From Trichoplax adhaerens (Eukaryota > Animalia > Placozoa), in the NCBI RefSeq assembly GCF_000150275.1, contig NW_002060943.1:3189264-3253263 (forward strand): DNA of 64,000 nt, read 5' to 3'. This document shows positions 13,001 to 27,126 of the stretch, in pieces. How positions within the stretch are numbered: position 1 is the stretch's first letter; each line of letters opens with the position of its first letter. The notes under the pieces were generated by a model that saw only the letters and a list, made by a program, of their open reading frames with translations, ran no database searches and was not told the origin of the DNA. A program made the translations under genes and the position numbers.

Positions 13001-16000
13001 AGATTTTACCTCTATCCGGGATAATGTCATTATAAAATTACAACACAGAATTTTTTTCATATCTAGACCATCTAGTATTGAAGAAATTCGATTTTCTCTA
13101 TGCTTAGTGGATAAGATAGAGACTTTGCCCCTACCCTAACTGATGTCATGATAGATACAACGTAGAATTTCTCATGTCTAGGTTATAGCTTTGAAGAAAT
13201 TCAATTCTCTCTATGCTCTGTGAATAAGATTTTACCTCTATCCGGGATAATGTCATAATAAAATTACAACACAGAATTTTTTTCATATCTAGACCATCTA
13301 GTATTGAAGAAATTCGACTTTCTCTATGCTTAGTGGATAAGATAGAGACTTTGCCCCTACCCTAACGAATGTCATGATAAATACAACGTAGAATTTCTCA
13401 TGTCTAGGTTATGGTTTTGAAGAAATTCAATTCTCTTCATGTTTAGTGAATAGGATAGAAACTTTTATTCCAACCCAGAATAACATCATTTTGTGGTAAG
13501 ATGACAACATGAATTTCTCGTGTCTAGGCTACCGTTGTAAGGAAATACGATTCTTTATAGGATCAATGGATAAGATAGAGGGATTAACTATTCTATATCA
13601 CATCGTTGTTCATACAATTTGAATAATGTAGGTAGAAGAAGATTTTTATCGCATCGAGTGTAGAAGGATCAGCGAATAGCGAGAGCAATGATCTACCCAA
13701 GTCGACCATGATTGAAACAAGATTGATTGCATACTCGAGCATCATTTATTAAGACAGAAGTGAAACAGATTTCTCATTGGAAGTTTAAATTAAGCAGCTC
13801 CAGGCTAGGACTATCACTTCTATGGTCTACGAAGAAATGAGGAGGAAAAGAACTATTCCGAAACTGGTAACATAGAAACGATGGTATAAACCCACAGGTG
13901 ATTTAATAAGTTTGACAGCCTAGACTGTCTATTACAAGTAGAAAGGCTGCAAGAAGATCATGTTCATATCGCCATTGCTAGCTTCAATAAGAACAATTTT
14001 AACTTCAGCGTGGGGCTATTTTTCTACTTATTAAACTAACTACTTAGTTGCAATATAGTCAATATATCAATGAGCTATATCATCCTTTATCCGTCTAATT
14101 ATGAAATTATCGCCTGCAGTAAATAATCATCTTAATAAACTATTGTGGAAATAAAAAGACGGAAGAATACAGCCGTTATTGATGGCAGCTAACATCCGTT
14201 AACTCCTATTCAGCATTTATTCTTGGTGTTTACCATCGATTGAGTAACTCCAACTAAGGCTTAACCAATTCTATTGACTCTATATACATGTATTACTGGT
14301 CGATATGAAATAGAATTGCTAGTGGGAATGTTACAAAACAATCTTAAGATTGATTATTGAAAGTCTAGACTTGCAGGTGTAAGTAGAATAAATTTTTTTC
14401 ATCAGGTTTAAATGAACATTGACATAAGATTTTTTCTTTACAACATAAAGAAGATTGATCGAGATGTATAGTCCACTGCTATCGATGCAGTACACGGAAT
14501 GATTTCTTAAGTTTTCAATTTACTATAGATTGAATGATTTTGTAGTAGAATAAAGAATCGAAGTTATCGCTATGAGAGAATTTAATGGCATCGACAATCA
14601 CTTTATGAGACAGAAATTAAATGTATCCATCAATAATCTAGGTTAACGTTGTGAGAGAGTTTAACTGGATAGACTACAACTTATAAGCTAGAGATTTAAT
14701 ACGTTAATCCATGATTTTGCCTGACTACATAGATCTATAACTCTATAACTTGATGGGATGGAGATTATTAATAGAGTGATGAAAGATATTAATTGCATAA
14801 ACTATAACATGATAAGATGGAGATTGAAGGAGTTACGAGCGATATTGATAGCATAAAACTTAATGAGATGGAGATTAAAAATGGGTTAATCAATAATCTG
14901 AGTCTGAGTTGTTATGATAGAACTTTGGAAGATGGAGACTAAATACACCCTAAGACAAGTAACTGCATAGACTATAACTTAATAAGATGAAGATTAAAAG
15001 CAGAGTGAGATAGGCCCATTTGAAAGACTAGAGCTTTAGGTAATGCAGATTAAAGACACTCTACAACAAAATCATTATGATATTACCATTCTAAGATTTA
15101 ATCAAGCAGCGGCAATAAACTGCGTAGAGTAATCATGTATCTAAACTATCCCTTACGGTAAATATCATGATAATAAATTCTGTAGGAATAGTCACATAAA
15201 ATAATGGGTATTGATATTTGTCAGGAAATAACAGCTTGAGGCTGTAAATATTTTAGGGAATTTACAATCTGTTCTCTCTGTTTTGCAGTGTCTAATTTAT
15301 TCTGCAGTAGAAATGAAAATAGCGGATCTGTACTTGAGCCAATTATTGTAGACAAGAAATTAGCATATTTGGCCATTATTGGAACGTTTTTGGCCATCTA
15401 AAAATATCTTGCCATCTTGGTTGTAGTAAATAAATCTCATCCATTAAACTAATACAAAGAGTACCATAAGTAGAAATGTCAATTTTAAATAATACTACAC
15501 CTTCCTTTCCCTCGTTGTGGATGAGTAGTTTCAACAAGGGAAGAAATGGACTGCAGCATTTACAGGTTAACAATCTTCTTTATCATGGAAGATGATCGCT
15601 CTTTCCTTATAGACAAGAAATAGGAAATCTACTGCCAAGGATTACTGTCATGATGTGCAAACACCTGGTTTACTGGCGATGACAATCGTGTAGACTAAAT
15701 CAATCCATTCCTATTCCATGGCCTGCAGTGATGTTAAAGGAATAAGAGTTTTTTTTTTATTGTATGTATCTTGAATAAAGACGAGAGACTTTAATGCCCT
15801 TTTGGGGGCAAATGGTGACAAAATCAAAGCGTATGGATGCAGCTGTTCAGCAAGTATTGAATACCATGATAATAATATTTTCAATCTTTTCATCATGGAC
15901 AGCGTCATGATAAGCATAGACGAAGAATAAAGTTGATTACGCTATCCTCAATTTCCAAATAAATACTTTATCGTTCTTGATGATTAATCACGGTAGCATT

Positions 16001-19000
16001 GAAAAGCGATAATAGATTTGACTATAATCTATTCAAGTGAAATCATTCTATTGGGTAAGAAAGGGAAAAAAGGAGGCCAATAAAAAGACTCTTTAAAAAT
16101 TAATCAAGATACAAATAGAAAGCAAATAAATAAAGTGGGTAAATAAAATCATTTCACCTCGTATTCAGTCTACGAATAGAGCTGAATAATTACTTTAGTT
16201 GGAAAGAATTTCATGACTAGACTAAACATAGAATACTGCCAGTTGGACGATCTATGGATGAATGTTGTTTACATAAAATAAAATAGAGGTAGAATCGAAA
16301 AATGATCCACTAATATGCTGACGAATATCCCAGCACTTTGTCATTTATTATTTATATAGCAAAATCCTAATCCTAAGCCTAAACTCAAGTACTCATATGC
16401 TTGATTTATACCTACAGAATGGGTAAAATAAAGACATTTCTTCAAGTTTTGAGTGACAGTGTAGGAAAAAATTCCAATTCATAGAATCGATTCAAAAAAA
16501 TGATGACGAGTAAAAACTGAATTTTCTACGAATAGCCAATGACAGTTATTTGCTAGCCACTATAATGGGTAATATTAGAACCTGCCCGGGATAAATTCCA
16601 ACTCTGAATTTTAATCCAGTTTTAAGAGGAAATTAAATTCCTATTGACAGATTCCTTATGACCATGAACCTTCGAAGGTAGACTAAAATGATTCAAATTC
16701 AATCGAGAGCATTTTAACCATTGGAATCACTCAAACTATAGCATGTCAAGAGTAAATTTCAATTCCTGATCTTCCAGTTTGATGATGAAATAAAAATTAT
16801 GACTATATGTAGTTTCCTTCATTATCACGATAACATCGTGAAATTGATAGGGATACCGTCAAAGTAGATGTAAAATATTTCAAATATACGGATATTTTAG
16901 CGATTGAAATTAGTATTATAATCACTTGTCAAGAACAAACTCCAATTTTGGATTCCAGCCCAGTTTTAAGAAGAAGCAAAACTTGTATCAACAGATTCCT
17001 TCATGATAATAAACTACTACGTCCTTGTCTGTAGAGAAAATAAAATCTGTAAAAGAGTATCTACAGATTCCTCCATGAGAATAGACATGTGTGCCGTAAA
17101 GTTAAATATTTCTAATGGAATCAAGATCGGCTTTAAGCGATTAAAGTCAGTAATATAACATGGCAAGAACTAACTCAAATTCAACGAATTTAAAATGTCT
17201 TATTTCACTTCATCCTTGAAATATTAAAATGAACATTTAATATCTAGCGGTACATTTTTAGCTGTTTGATTCTGACTATCAACAAGTACCGACGGTGCTT
17301 GGCAGTCGTCAAAGTTCACTCTAGCAGAATAATGCCTATTTGATTTTCTATTCCTAGTGCCAATTCTTCGAATAGTTAAATTAGTATTGAAGGATCTGCC
17401 TATTTAGCTTTCTATTCGTGGCACTAATTCTCCAGAGAATCATCTAACTTTGCTTTATTACTGTATACTTATATTCAATCTTTTATTAGTGGCGCTAATT
17501 TCCCACAGAGTCATCCAAGTTGATTAAGAGATTATATTACCTATTACCCATTTGATCTTCTATTAGTCATGCTAAATTTTCAACTAGCTAAATTAGTTAG
17601 TTATTCGAGTATTTTTCTATTTGACCATCTCTTATATTATTAGTAGCACTGATTCTTCAGGTAGTTTTCAAGGTTTACTCGAATATTATACGAACTACAT
17701 ACTGAATCTTCTATTACTAATTGAGTATCAATCTATCTGATCTTCTATTCGTTGCGCTAATTTTCCAGATAGTTGTCCCTGCATGATGTTGCATATTTGA
17801 TTTTCTATTAGTAATAAGTGGAAGATAGTGATCATAAATTCACTTGTGAGCAATATGATATGTTTGATCTTCTCTTTGGTCGAATTGGTTCTTCAACTGA
17901 TGAAATTAGCATTTGAATATCTGTAATAGTTTTATTCTGATTATAGCTATCAACAAGTAATTGGTGTATAGTAATTAACGTTTACTCCAATATCATACTG
18001 TATATTTGATCTTCTGCAGAATTAGTCCAGTCGATTCTTGCAATGGATCTACCTGTAAAATATCATCACTTTCCCTTTTTCTATCCTAGGCTTTCTGACT
18101 ATGCAGAATTATTGCTAGCGACTGTATTCATATATGCAGGATATTTTATTCCATCCAAATCGGGTCATTTTTTTCCAAAGTAATCATTTGCAATAATAAG
18201 TGTCTTTGTTATGCCTTACTTACCTACTATTTTGGTGATGGAAAGGAAGAAAGACAGTGGTAAAATTGATTTTAAAATAAATATTAAATTAAATGATAGT
18301 GAGACTTTATATTGGTTAAGACTTCTAAACTAATCGTTGTCAATGTTGAGTTTTACTATTGAATTTGCTATCGTTTTCTTTCCTATATCGAGGATAGAAG
18401 CGGAGACGTTAAATAAGTTTATCGGAGATAATCCATGCTGATGTTGAATATGAATGACATTAATGAGTGGTTTACATCATTGACTCTTCCATTAAGGGTA
18501 AAAATAGAGACGTGAAGTAAGTTGCATAGAGGTAAAACTCTTACAAGTTTATCGCGGCCTTTATGGTAATAATTTAATTAACTTTCTAGTAATACTTTGT
18601 CAATATTACTAACTTGACGATCATCAGTAAAATAAAGACATTAAACAAGTTATTTCCATCGTTTTACAATAATCATTTATCCACATCATTAACTCTACGG
18701 TCAAGAGGGAAAGCAAAGACGTTGAACAAGTTCGCTGAAGGTAATTCTCATATTGGCTGATTATTAATATTACAATAATAATTTACCTCCATGCTACTCT
18801 ACAATCAAGGATAAGAACGAATGCGTTAAGCTAATGAACCGAAGAGAATGCTCGTAAAGGCTGATCATAAGTTTTATAATAATCCCTTTCCTACAATTAA
18901 GCATGAAATTAGTGTAGTGATCCAGTCCATTCACAAGGTGCTTTTCAACATTATCTATCTACTGTCAAAATTGAATGCAATTCCCACGTTTTGCTTCATC

Positions 19001-19962
19001 TTGGCGATTATACATGAAACGACAAACGAGCCTATTCCTTAAGGAATACTTTATTAAGGTTTAAGCATATTGGAAGGAAATCTAGTTCGATGTTGAGTTT
19101 TTATTAGTACATAATTTCTTATGCCTGGTCATCATAAGATCGATAGGGTAAAGTAACTCATGGAAGCCTAAAATTGACATTAAGTTGACACTCTATTTTA
19201 CAGCTTTGTCTCCCATGTTGTTTCTTAAAATCCACGATGAAAAGGATAAATGTCAATCCAATTCCCATAAAACTGTTTGCCATCCACTATCTTTCTAGTG
19301 TAATCACTGAATTGATCACAGTAGCTAATTAGATTGACTATCCGAATCTCTCTTTCCTCATGGCAAGCAGATATTTCGACTTTAATTGAATCAAGCTACC
19401 ATTACAGATATTCTTTTGGCAGCAATTTTAAACAGTCAGATACTTTCTCTCTCTTGAACTTGAAAGTGAACTTTCCAACTAAATGGAAGAAGGCAATGGA
19501 ATAATAATCTTTGGGAGGAAATTATAGTCAGTCTGCCTTAATTGAATATACAATTCAATGATGCAATGATGGGGAGTGGGGGAACTCATAAACAAAAATA
19601 GAGACAGTACAATGTCAATTTACTGTTCTCGTATAGATAGGCTAGAAAATGATTCAAAAAGGTTATGAAAATATTCGTAATAGGATTCATTTCATGACGC
19701 TATAGGGATAAGTGGGCACGAGTTTTGGACTTACCTTGGGTAGTAAATGGGCCACTCTTGCTCGGAGTTCATCTTGATTGTTTTGTAGCTGGTTAATTTG
19801 ATGATTTGCAGTTTGTAATTTTTCTTGGCTACAGCTTAATTTCTCAGCTAGTTGATCACGTTCATGGATTAAATCAGTGAGTAATTCTTCCATGCCTGGT
19901 CGTCTTGTGTTCTCATCATGAGTAGAATCGCTTTCTTCCATAATGGTAGCAATATCATCCAT
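4079..19962 (-). CDS. PPFIA: Liprin-alpha (PPFIA/SYD-2 family): N-terminal coiled coils plus three C-terminal SAM domains, multi-exon
   Basis: LH1 region [54 protein letters not shown] (10809-10648); [14 protein letters not shown]; SAM motifs [16 protein letters not shown] and [24 protein letters not shown]. First coding exon 19962-19735; last exon ends ...[21 protein letters not shown] (stop at 4079-4081). Confidence 0.95.
6770..7120. repeat. Degenerate tandem repeat (~55 bp unit) in a liprin intron
   Basis: Recurring core ttcaattyagaggaataactt at roughly 55-bp spacing, about 6-7 copies. Confidence 0.65.
9365..9990. repeat. Four ~154-bp degenerate tandem copies forming a liprin intron, each containing a copy of the exon's splice acceptor
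   Basis: Core tgcaaaagtctgtaagaa recurs, with the minus-strand AG at about 9376, 9533, 9686 and 9840. Confidence 0.75.
11830..12130. repeat. Degenerate tandem repeat (~75-80 bp unit) in the large liprin intron
   Basis: aatcttgggtaaaaatagagctg-like core at about 11836, 11909, 11986 and 12066. Confidence 0.6.
12830..13580. repeat. Minisatellite, 113-bp monomer with A/B alternation (226-bp higher-order unit)
   Basis: ttgaagaaattc at 12852, 12965, 13078, 13191, 13304 and 13417 (exact 113-bp period). Alternate monomers are near-identical; a degenerate copy lies near 13535. Confidence 0.92.
14660..15050. repeat. Degenerate tandem repeat (~55-65 bp unit)
   Basis: gcatagactataacttaataagatggagattaaa-like core, about 6 copies. 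Confidence 0.6.
17335..18020. repeat. Degenerate tandem repeat (~65-75 bp unit)
   Basis: atttgatcttctattagtggcgctaatt-like core, about 8 or more copies. Confidence 0.6.
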
Positions 19963-21719
19963 GTTCGATCAGTTAATAACTTTGGATTTACTTGATGTAA
20001 TCGATGATACTGTTTAAAATAAAATTGTTTATCCACAAATATAAAGACGCCACGGTGGTTGATTTATGCAATTCTTATTTCACTTAAAATGATGTAAATC
20101 TAATTGTGGATGGTCTACCGTGAAAGAGAGGAGTGATTTCAAGATCAAATAATTCAATTATAATAGATTGATCCAGCCGTCAATATTAAAATCTTCCTTC
20201 CTGCTTCTGTTAATAATTTTTAGCAATATTGTAAAGATAGAAACTATAAAAAATGATCATGGATAGGCTAAAATGGACTAAAATACCAAGCAAAATTGTA
20301 AAGGAGTAGCAATTTATTATGGATTCTTGTTGCTAATCTAATAGAAAAGACACCCAAGATTTAGGCAAATAAATCGATCTCTTTCTTGGAGTAAAGGATG
20401 AAAATCGGCAACACCAGTGTAATCGAGATAGAACTATTGGTGGTAATCATCATCGACTATAGAATTGACTAGAATTGAAAATTAAGTAAAGCTTAGTATT
20501 AATTTAATCAATATTTCAAAGCAAACAAGACAGAGTAACCTTTCATAAATTCATGGATCGCTATCCTATAAGTATTAAGATAATGTTGAATAATTTTGAT
20601 ACGCTAAATTAAGAATACCATGTTTCAACTCTATTTTTAATGATATTATCAAATTATATCTACCATTCGCTTCTTCTATAATTAATTGATAATAGCTCTA
20701 TCCTTGTGAGTAGCAAGATAGAGTAGAGTCTATTTTTTTCGTCAATTTAAAAAACAATGTTTCCCACTCGATCATTCCTCTGTTTAAATCCTATCGTAGG
20801 AGTGGATACCTATGCTTTTCAATCCTTTAAACCAACAACTAGGGTTTCTGTGACTGTTCATATGGACTAGAAAATTATTTTTAGCCACTTTGCACCTCGA
20901 AATGGACTCTATGGTGGCTGTGAATTTACGACATCATTTAATAAAATATACCCGTCATGAATTCATTAAGAAATATATGTGTGTCATCATTGAATTGGAA
21001 ATGAATTTTTTAAACTAAATTTGCAGTCCTATGTGGCCTTTAGCCATGTTTTAATTACATTAGCATTATTTATTTATTAAAATTTTCTTTAATCCATTCA
21101 GTTAACAAGTATGAAATTGTCTGCTACAATTGAAAATTTCTATCAAATTATAGCTATACAGGATATGCAACGGCTTTAAATAACATGAAAAAAATCTACT
21201 GTACTTTTGGCCATCTTCTCATCGAGCTCATGAGCTTGCCACTGAGAAAAGCAAAGATAAAATTGAAAAAATTAAACTGCATTGAAAACGATGCACGCGT
21301 AGTTTACTGGAATTGGAAGGATAGAATGAAACTTTTAATTTGGATTCTATTCATCAATCAATCGATGGGAATAAAAGTAATGGCAGAATAAAATAGGATC
21401 ATTTCCATGCTTTAATATTATTACCCAACGTCTAGTTATTCCCAGTATTGAATGGCATAATAAAATTGGACATGGAGCTATCTCCTTTTATAACTTAATG
21501 ACTACCCACGTAGGACTGGCATGATCGAAAGAACAATTTCAATTTTCAATCAAGAACTACTCGAGTAATTCCTGTTCACGCTATGCTAGATAGATTACAA
21601 CTGCGACCATTTTAACGGACGAAATGAATTTGCTATTATGATGATATTGATGAATTTAAAAAAGTAGGGGAGAGTTATGAACTATTTTGCGGATAGTTTT
21701 TTAATATAGAATAATACTT

Positions 21720-22580
21720 CAGAGTTGTGCTTGATAGTACGGTAATAATCCTTGTCTAGAGTAATTTAGAACGCTTTCAATGATGTCATTAAATGGCTGC
21801 TGTTTTGGCGATTTCCAATTAATTCAAGAGTGTATAAGTGTTACACCAAGAACTGGAGATAACTTGTATTATTTCCCTATTTCCATGTATGCTTGATAGT
21901 CATTACTTTCAAACGGAAAAAAATGGAGACCGTTTCAATGATGAAGCAAGATTCTACTATGACGATCTTAAACAAATTCAAATGTGTATGAGCAAAGTAT
22001 TTTTAATTATTTCTTGATCAATTTAGAGCTGTACTTGATCATCATGATTGTCATATGGAAAAAAATGTAGATCTTTTTCAATGATGCAATCAAGCTTCTA
22101 CTGTAGCGATCTTGAACATATTCAAGTGTATATGAATGAAGTATTTTCAATCATTTCTCGATTAATTTAGAGCTGTGCTTGATAGTCATTATTCTCATAT
22201 GGAAAAAAAATGCCAAGCTGCTACTATAGCAATCTTCAAGAAATAAAAGAGTAATTGAATGTTACCATCGAAGTTGAAATTATTTTTACCATTTCTCGAT
22301 GCATGTAGAGCTGTTGTTGATGCTACAGTAATAATTATAATTCTGGCATAGAAAAAGGGAGATGGCTTTTAATGATGTAATCAAATTGCTACTATGGCAA
22401 TGTTGAACAAATTGAAGAGTATAGGAGTGTTACCATAAGAATTGGAGATATTTTCTATCATTGCTGGATGCGTTGAAAGCTGTGCTTGAAATTAAGATCG
22501 TTTTCAATGATAGAACCAAATTGATACTATGGCGAACTTCAACAACTTCAATAGTATACCAAAGCTAGCATAGAATTGAA
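21720..22580. repeat. Degenerate tandem repeat (~140-155 bp unit)
   Basis: tttcaatgatg...ctactatggcgatctt...agagctgtgcttgatag cores at about 21776, 21932, 22076, 22368 and 22502. Confidence 0.65.
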
Positions 22581-24839
22581 ATTTGTTTTCTATAATTAAA
22601 GCATTTCTACAATAGAATCGTACTATGATTACATTGAAATATACTACCGCTCATTTAAATCAATCCATTAACCTAAGTTTTTCTAGCATTTACCGCAAGA
22701 CAATAACCATGTCAATATTACCATGCTGTCCATATGCCTGAAGATTTTGTAAATAATTTCAACCTCTTACTCCATCTTGCTAAACTGCTGTTGTTTGCAT
22801 GCTAACATTATACCATAAGATAGTTTCAAGGTTTTACGAAAATTGGTATTTCTTTTCAATTTTAGTCGACTAGTCCTAGCGATTAACCGCATGAACAGGC
22901 TATAATTGAATTAGGTAGAATATTGGATGGTCATCCATTGACAGAAGGCTAGGCTAAGACTATGGGTAAAGTGTATTTTCTATGGCGATGATGTTGACTT
23001 GATTACTTGATTTCATCTTCAATGGAAGTTCATTAATGGTTGTGAGATAATAAATCGGTTTTAAGGTTTACTTTTACAATTGTACCCGAGGCATTTCTTA
23101 CTATACAAGACTGTACTGTATTGAATATACACAACATGAAGGCTTTCATGCTCGTTATATTCTACACAGTTGAAGGGAATCATGGATGCTATTACAAATT
23201 CAATTAATTCAACGAGTAAAAGAAAAAGAAATTCGCGTCGAGAATGAAGATTTTCGTCCTTGCGACAAGATTGAGCATTACTAGTCAATCCGTAATATTC
23301 AACCATACTATTCTAAATTTATACTTGTTATGATCCGATTATAGCTAACAATATGATTACGATCGAGGAAATGGAGAAAGGGGGAAATAATAAGGGCAAT
23401 AAGGTTGAAAGAAGTTATTCCAATTTGCTATACGAAAACTAAGCCGGGAGATCGAGATTGAAATATCATTTTAATTTAGGCGTATTTTATCCTCCAAAAT
23501 TAGTTTAGTCTATTTGTCGAACGTTGTATTGTTGTTAATTTATAGTTAGTCTAAAAAATTAAAAAGAAAAGTATTGCAATCGGTCATACTATTACTCATG
23601 TCATGAATTATTCCTATAGTCATTTTAAAGTTTAATGTATAAAACTTTGATTCTATTCTATAACTGGAGTCGATTAGGTCAATCAATCAAGGCATACTAT
23701 GATTTTAGAATCAGACTGAACTTGTACAAGCTGTCGTGTAGATTGATATAACAACAGTGATTTGAGTATCTTGTAAAATGAAAGATGATGCATTGACAAT
23801 TTTATACTGTCGAGGATTGTAAAGGCACAAATAGTGATACACTAGAGTCTTTATATCAAAGTTTGCTTAACGGATTACAACGCGTTGGGAAAGGATGAAG
23901 ATTTTACCCAATCTATCTTGAAGTGCCCTACGTCGTGTAGGTAGACATGAGTGAAATGGTATAGCAAAATAAAAAATAAAAAATGAACTTACTCGACTTT
24001 GGAGATTGATAGAGGAACGTTGTTAGAACACCAATACTTTTGATGACTCTATTGAAATAGAAATTGAGACATTTATAGGAAATATTCAAGACGGAGCTTT
24101 TGTTTGAAGGATGAAATTTTTACATTAAAATAGTCAAGCGATTGAATTTTCCTTCTTGGTCTGTACGTATGCTTGAAAACGATCATCAATTGGAAGGCAA
24201 GGATTGAACTAGCACCTTTTTATTTGGCTAGTTTAATCGTTTCAAGAAATACGAATAGACAGTTGATTGTGCAAAGTTGGAATATAAATAGTGTAGCTGA
24301 TTTTACAGTCGAGTTACGCATGCAATATATATAATACCTTTTAATTGACTATCTGTGGTGATTATGAATAGCAGTTATTGTTGGCAATAATTGAATCAAA
24401 CGAGTATCTGCAAGGATGGCATTATTGACTACTATTTGCTGTTGCACTGTCGATCAAGTAGGATGGAAGAAATAGTTGACGTAATAGTAGATGCTATTTT
24501 CAATCTTGACTCTATCATCAACGCATACAATCCGTAGCCACTTCCTTCTTTTTTATTTGATTGAAATCAATCAAGTCTCCATCAAATATAAGTCGATGAT
24601 CGATTGTATTCAGGCCATAAAATAATCAAATAAGAAAAGGCCACAATGGAATAAGATTCAAGCCATATCTCGTTTACTCTGTATACAGAGAGAGAAAGAA
24701 GGCAATCTTTTATCCAAGTTCAATTGGTCTACCTGTCCCTATCTACTTGCCTAGATGGCTAGATGCAAACGCATAAAGGGCATGATTAGCCTGGAGTCAA
24801 AAATAGCTTGAATAAAAAGGCTTATTTTTAAATTTCAAG

Positions 24840-25240
24840 AGTACAAAAAGGAAAATGACGACAAAAGACGAATGGTAGCTCAAAATAGACTAGTTTATGG
24901 TGTTATTCCATGATAGCGTGTGTATGCGTATGTAGGGCCAAAAGTATAAAAAGGAAAATGACGGCAAAAGACGAATGGTAGCTCAAAGTAGACTAATTTA
25001 TGATGTTATTCCATGATAGTGTGTGTATGCGTGTGTAGGGCCAAAAGTATAAAAAGGAAAATGACGGCAAAAGACGAATTATAGCTCAAAGTAGACTAGT
25101 TTATGGTGTTATTCCATGATAGTCTGTATGCGTGTATAGAGCCAAAAGTAGAAGAAGGAAAATGACGGCAAAAGACGAATTATAGCTCAAGGTAGACTAG
25201 TCTATGGTGTTATTCCATGATAGCCTGTATGCGTGTATAT
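24840..25240. repeat. Minisatellite, ~103-bp unit, 4 copies
   Basis: ggaaaatgacg at 24850, 24953, 25056 and 25157; high identity between copies. Confidence 0.92.
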
Positions 25241-26998
25241 AGATCCTATTGATTGTTGAAGGGACAGAAGGCAATTGAAGGATAAAAGTCATGAAGCAGA
25301 TGTTGAATCGAGGCATGTTATTGTCCATAACATGGATAAGTTGAAGTTTTACATTGAATAATATATTGAATATGATAGAGGATCGCTAGGGTGATCGTGG
25401 GCAATACAAATAGATGCAATTTTATTCCATCTAGTACTATAAAATTTCAATCATAAGACCATATCAATGTCCTAGTCATCATCATCATTTCCTACCTAGC
25501 TAAAGCGATTTCCTTGGCGAATAGTATAATATGCTTTCTTCATCAATGGGACATTCAAATTGGTTGACCATCAGCAATCGGATGAAGGATTATGGCCAAG
25601 AAATGGAAATGGGAATTTTTCACCTTTTAATCTGGACTTTTTCCCCCTCTACCGTAGAATGTTGTCGAACACCACTTTGGATAATAATAATAATAATTGT
25701 AATTACATTTTACAAGAGATAAATGACTCTCTCTATGCAGATTATCTTTCAAGAGGGGAAAAACGCTCAAAAGAATATCCCATCCAATATAAACAATGTC
25801 TACTAACTATACTCTCACTATTGCAAGCGCAAGAAGGAGAATTGGTCTTCAGATCGAGTATGGAAAAGAGAAAAGCGTTTATGCGCGTCTCTTAGTCTTT
25901 CTTGGCTGGATATCGTCAAGATACTATAGGATCCCTTATGAACAACATCTCTATCATCATCAATGTCATCATTATAATAATACTCATAATAGTAAGAATA
26001 ATACGCCAATAATAACAATCATCATTCTAATTATTTATTGATTTAACGTTGGACGGGATCTATCGCTCTATTGGTGTATTATGGCTTTGAGTGATGTTGT
26101 TGTTTAAGTACTAATGTTAGCTTAGGCATAATATCGTGTACTGGTCGAGAGAGAGGCGCAGTCTCTTGTTGTTACTTTCTTGCTGGGGTCCTCTGGATTA
26201 AAAGTCGTATTTAGTAGACGATAGTCATTGATGATGCAAGCTTAATGGAGATGGAATACAGTGTTGTCCTTGAATGAATCGTTTTGGCAGCAGGTGGGAT
26301 ACGGTAGACTTTGATTTAAAGCGCTGAAACGCTGCTATTGGAATAAAGTAGCGTGGAAATGACGATAGTACAGTGCAACGATGATACTATCCCTAAATTT
26401 AATTCGGGAAATTGGACTAGGAGTCATTCATTCGTCAACAATCATTGAATTTGAAAATTCAATATTGTAGGCTACCCAATGGCTGTTGGCTAGCAATGGT
26501 TTTTGCAATAGATGGAGTCAACCTATGGTGAACATGCTAAACGCAATGGTTTGAAATGGACAATCTTGCGATTTAAGTGTCGTTGCAATATTGCATATAC
26601 CCGTAGGCTTGATTCACATGCTATTGGAGTAGAAGTAATCGATGAAGGATAGTTTTATTTGAAAATCGTGTAGGTACAAGTCTTCTAGGTATGCCCAATG
26701 GATGTTGACATAATACTGCTTTTGAAAGAGTGGCTTTTGCAACTGATACAGCATACGCGTAGAAGATCAATGGTGACCAACAGCTCCTGAAAGAAATGGA
26801 CAAGCTTGGGCAATGTGATGGTAGAAGGGGCCGTGATGATACTGTCAATTTTTGAATTTTTGTACAAAATTGCTTGCATTCATTACTGTAGTCAGTGTAG
26901 CGTAACCATGGTGTAAGCATGTTAGAAAGTACTGCATGTAACTGGATTAGAAGTAATTGGTGAAGGATAACTTGATTGGAAAATGCACTACTACAGAA

Positions 26999-27050
26999 TA
27001 GCAGAGATTGACAACGACGAAATGTTCGTCTCTGTTGTCAATCTCTGCTA
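26999..27050. repeat. Near-perfect inverted repeat (hairpin)
   Basis: tagcagagattgacaac / gttgtcaatctctgcta form a perfect 17-bp stem, with a gacgaa/ttcgtc inner stem, 3-nt bulge and 3-nt loop. Confidence 0.9.
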
Positions 27051-27126
27051 CGACTGTATATACAGTACATCTATTTAAGGATCAAATAGTTTCTAGTAAA
27101 TTAAAATGTAAAGTACGTATATGGAA

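Noticed and set aside
25560-25895. 111-aa plus-strand ORF with an Asn run
   Set aside because: Non-ATG start, in-frame stop just upstream, no convincing splice sites or recognisable homology.
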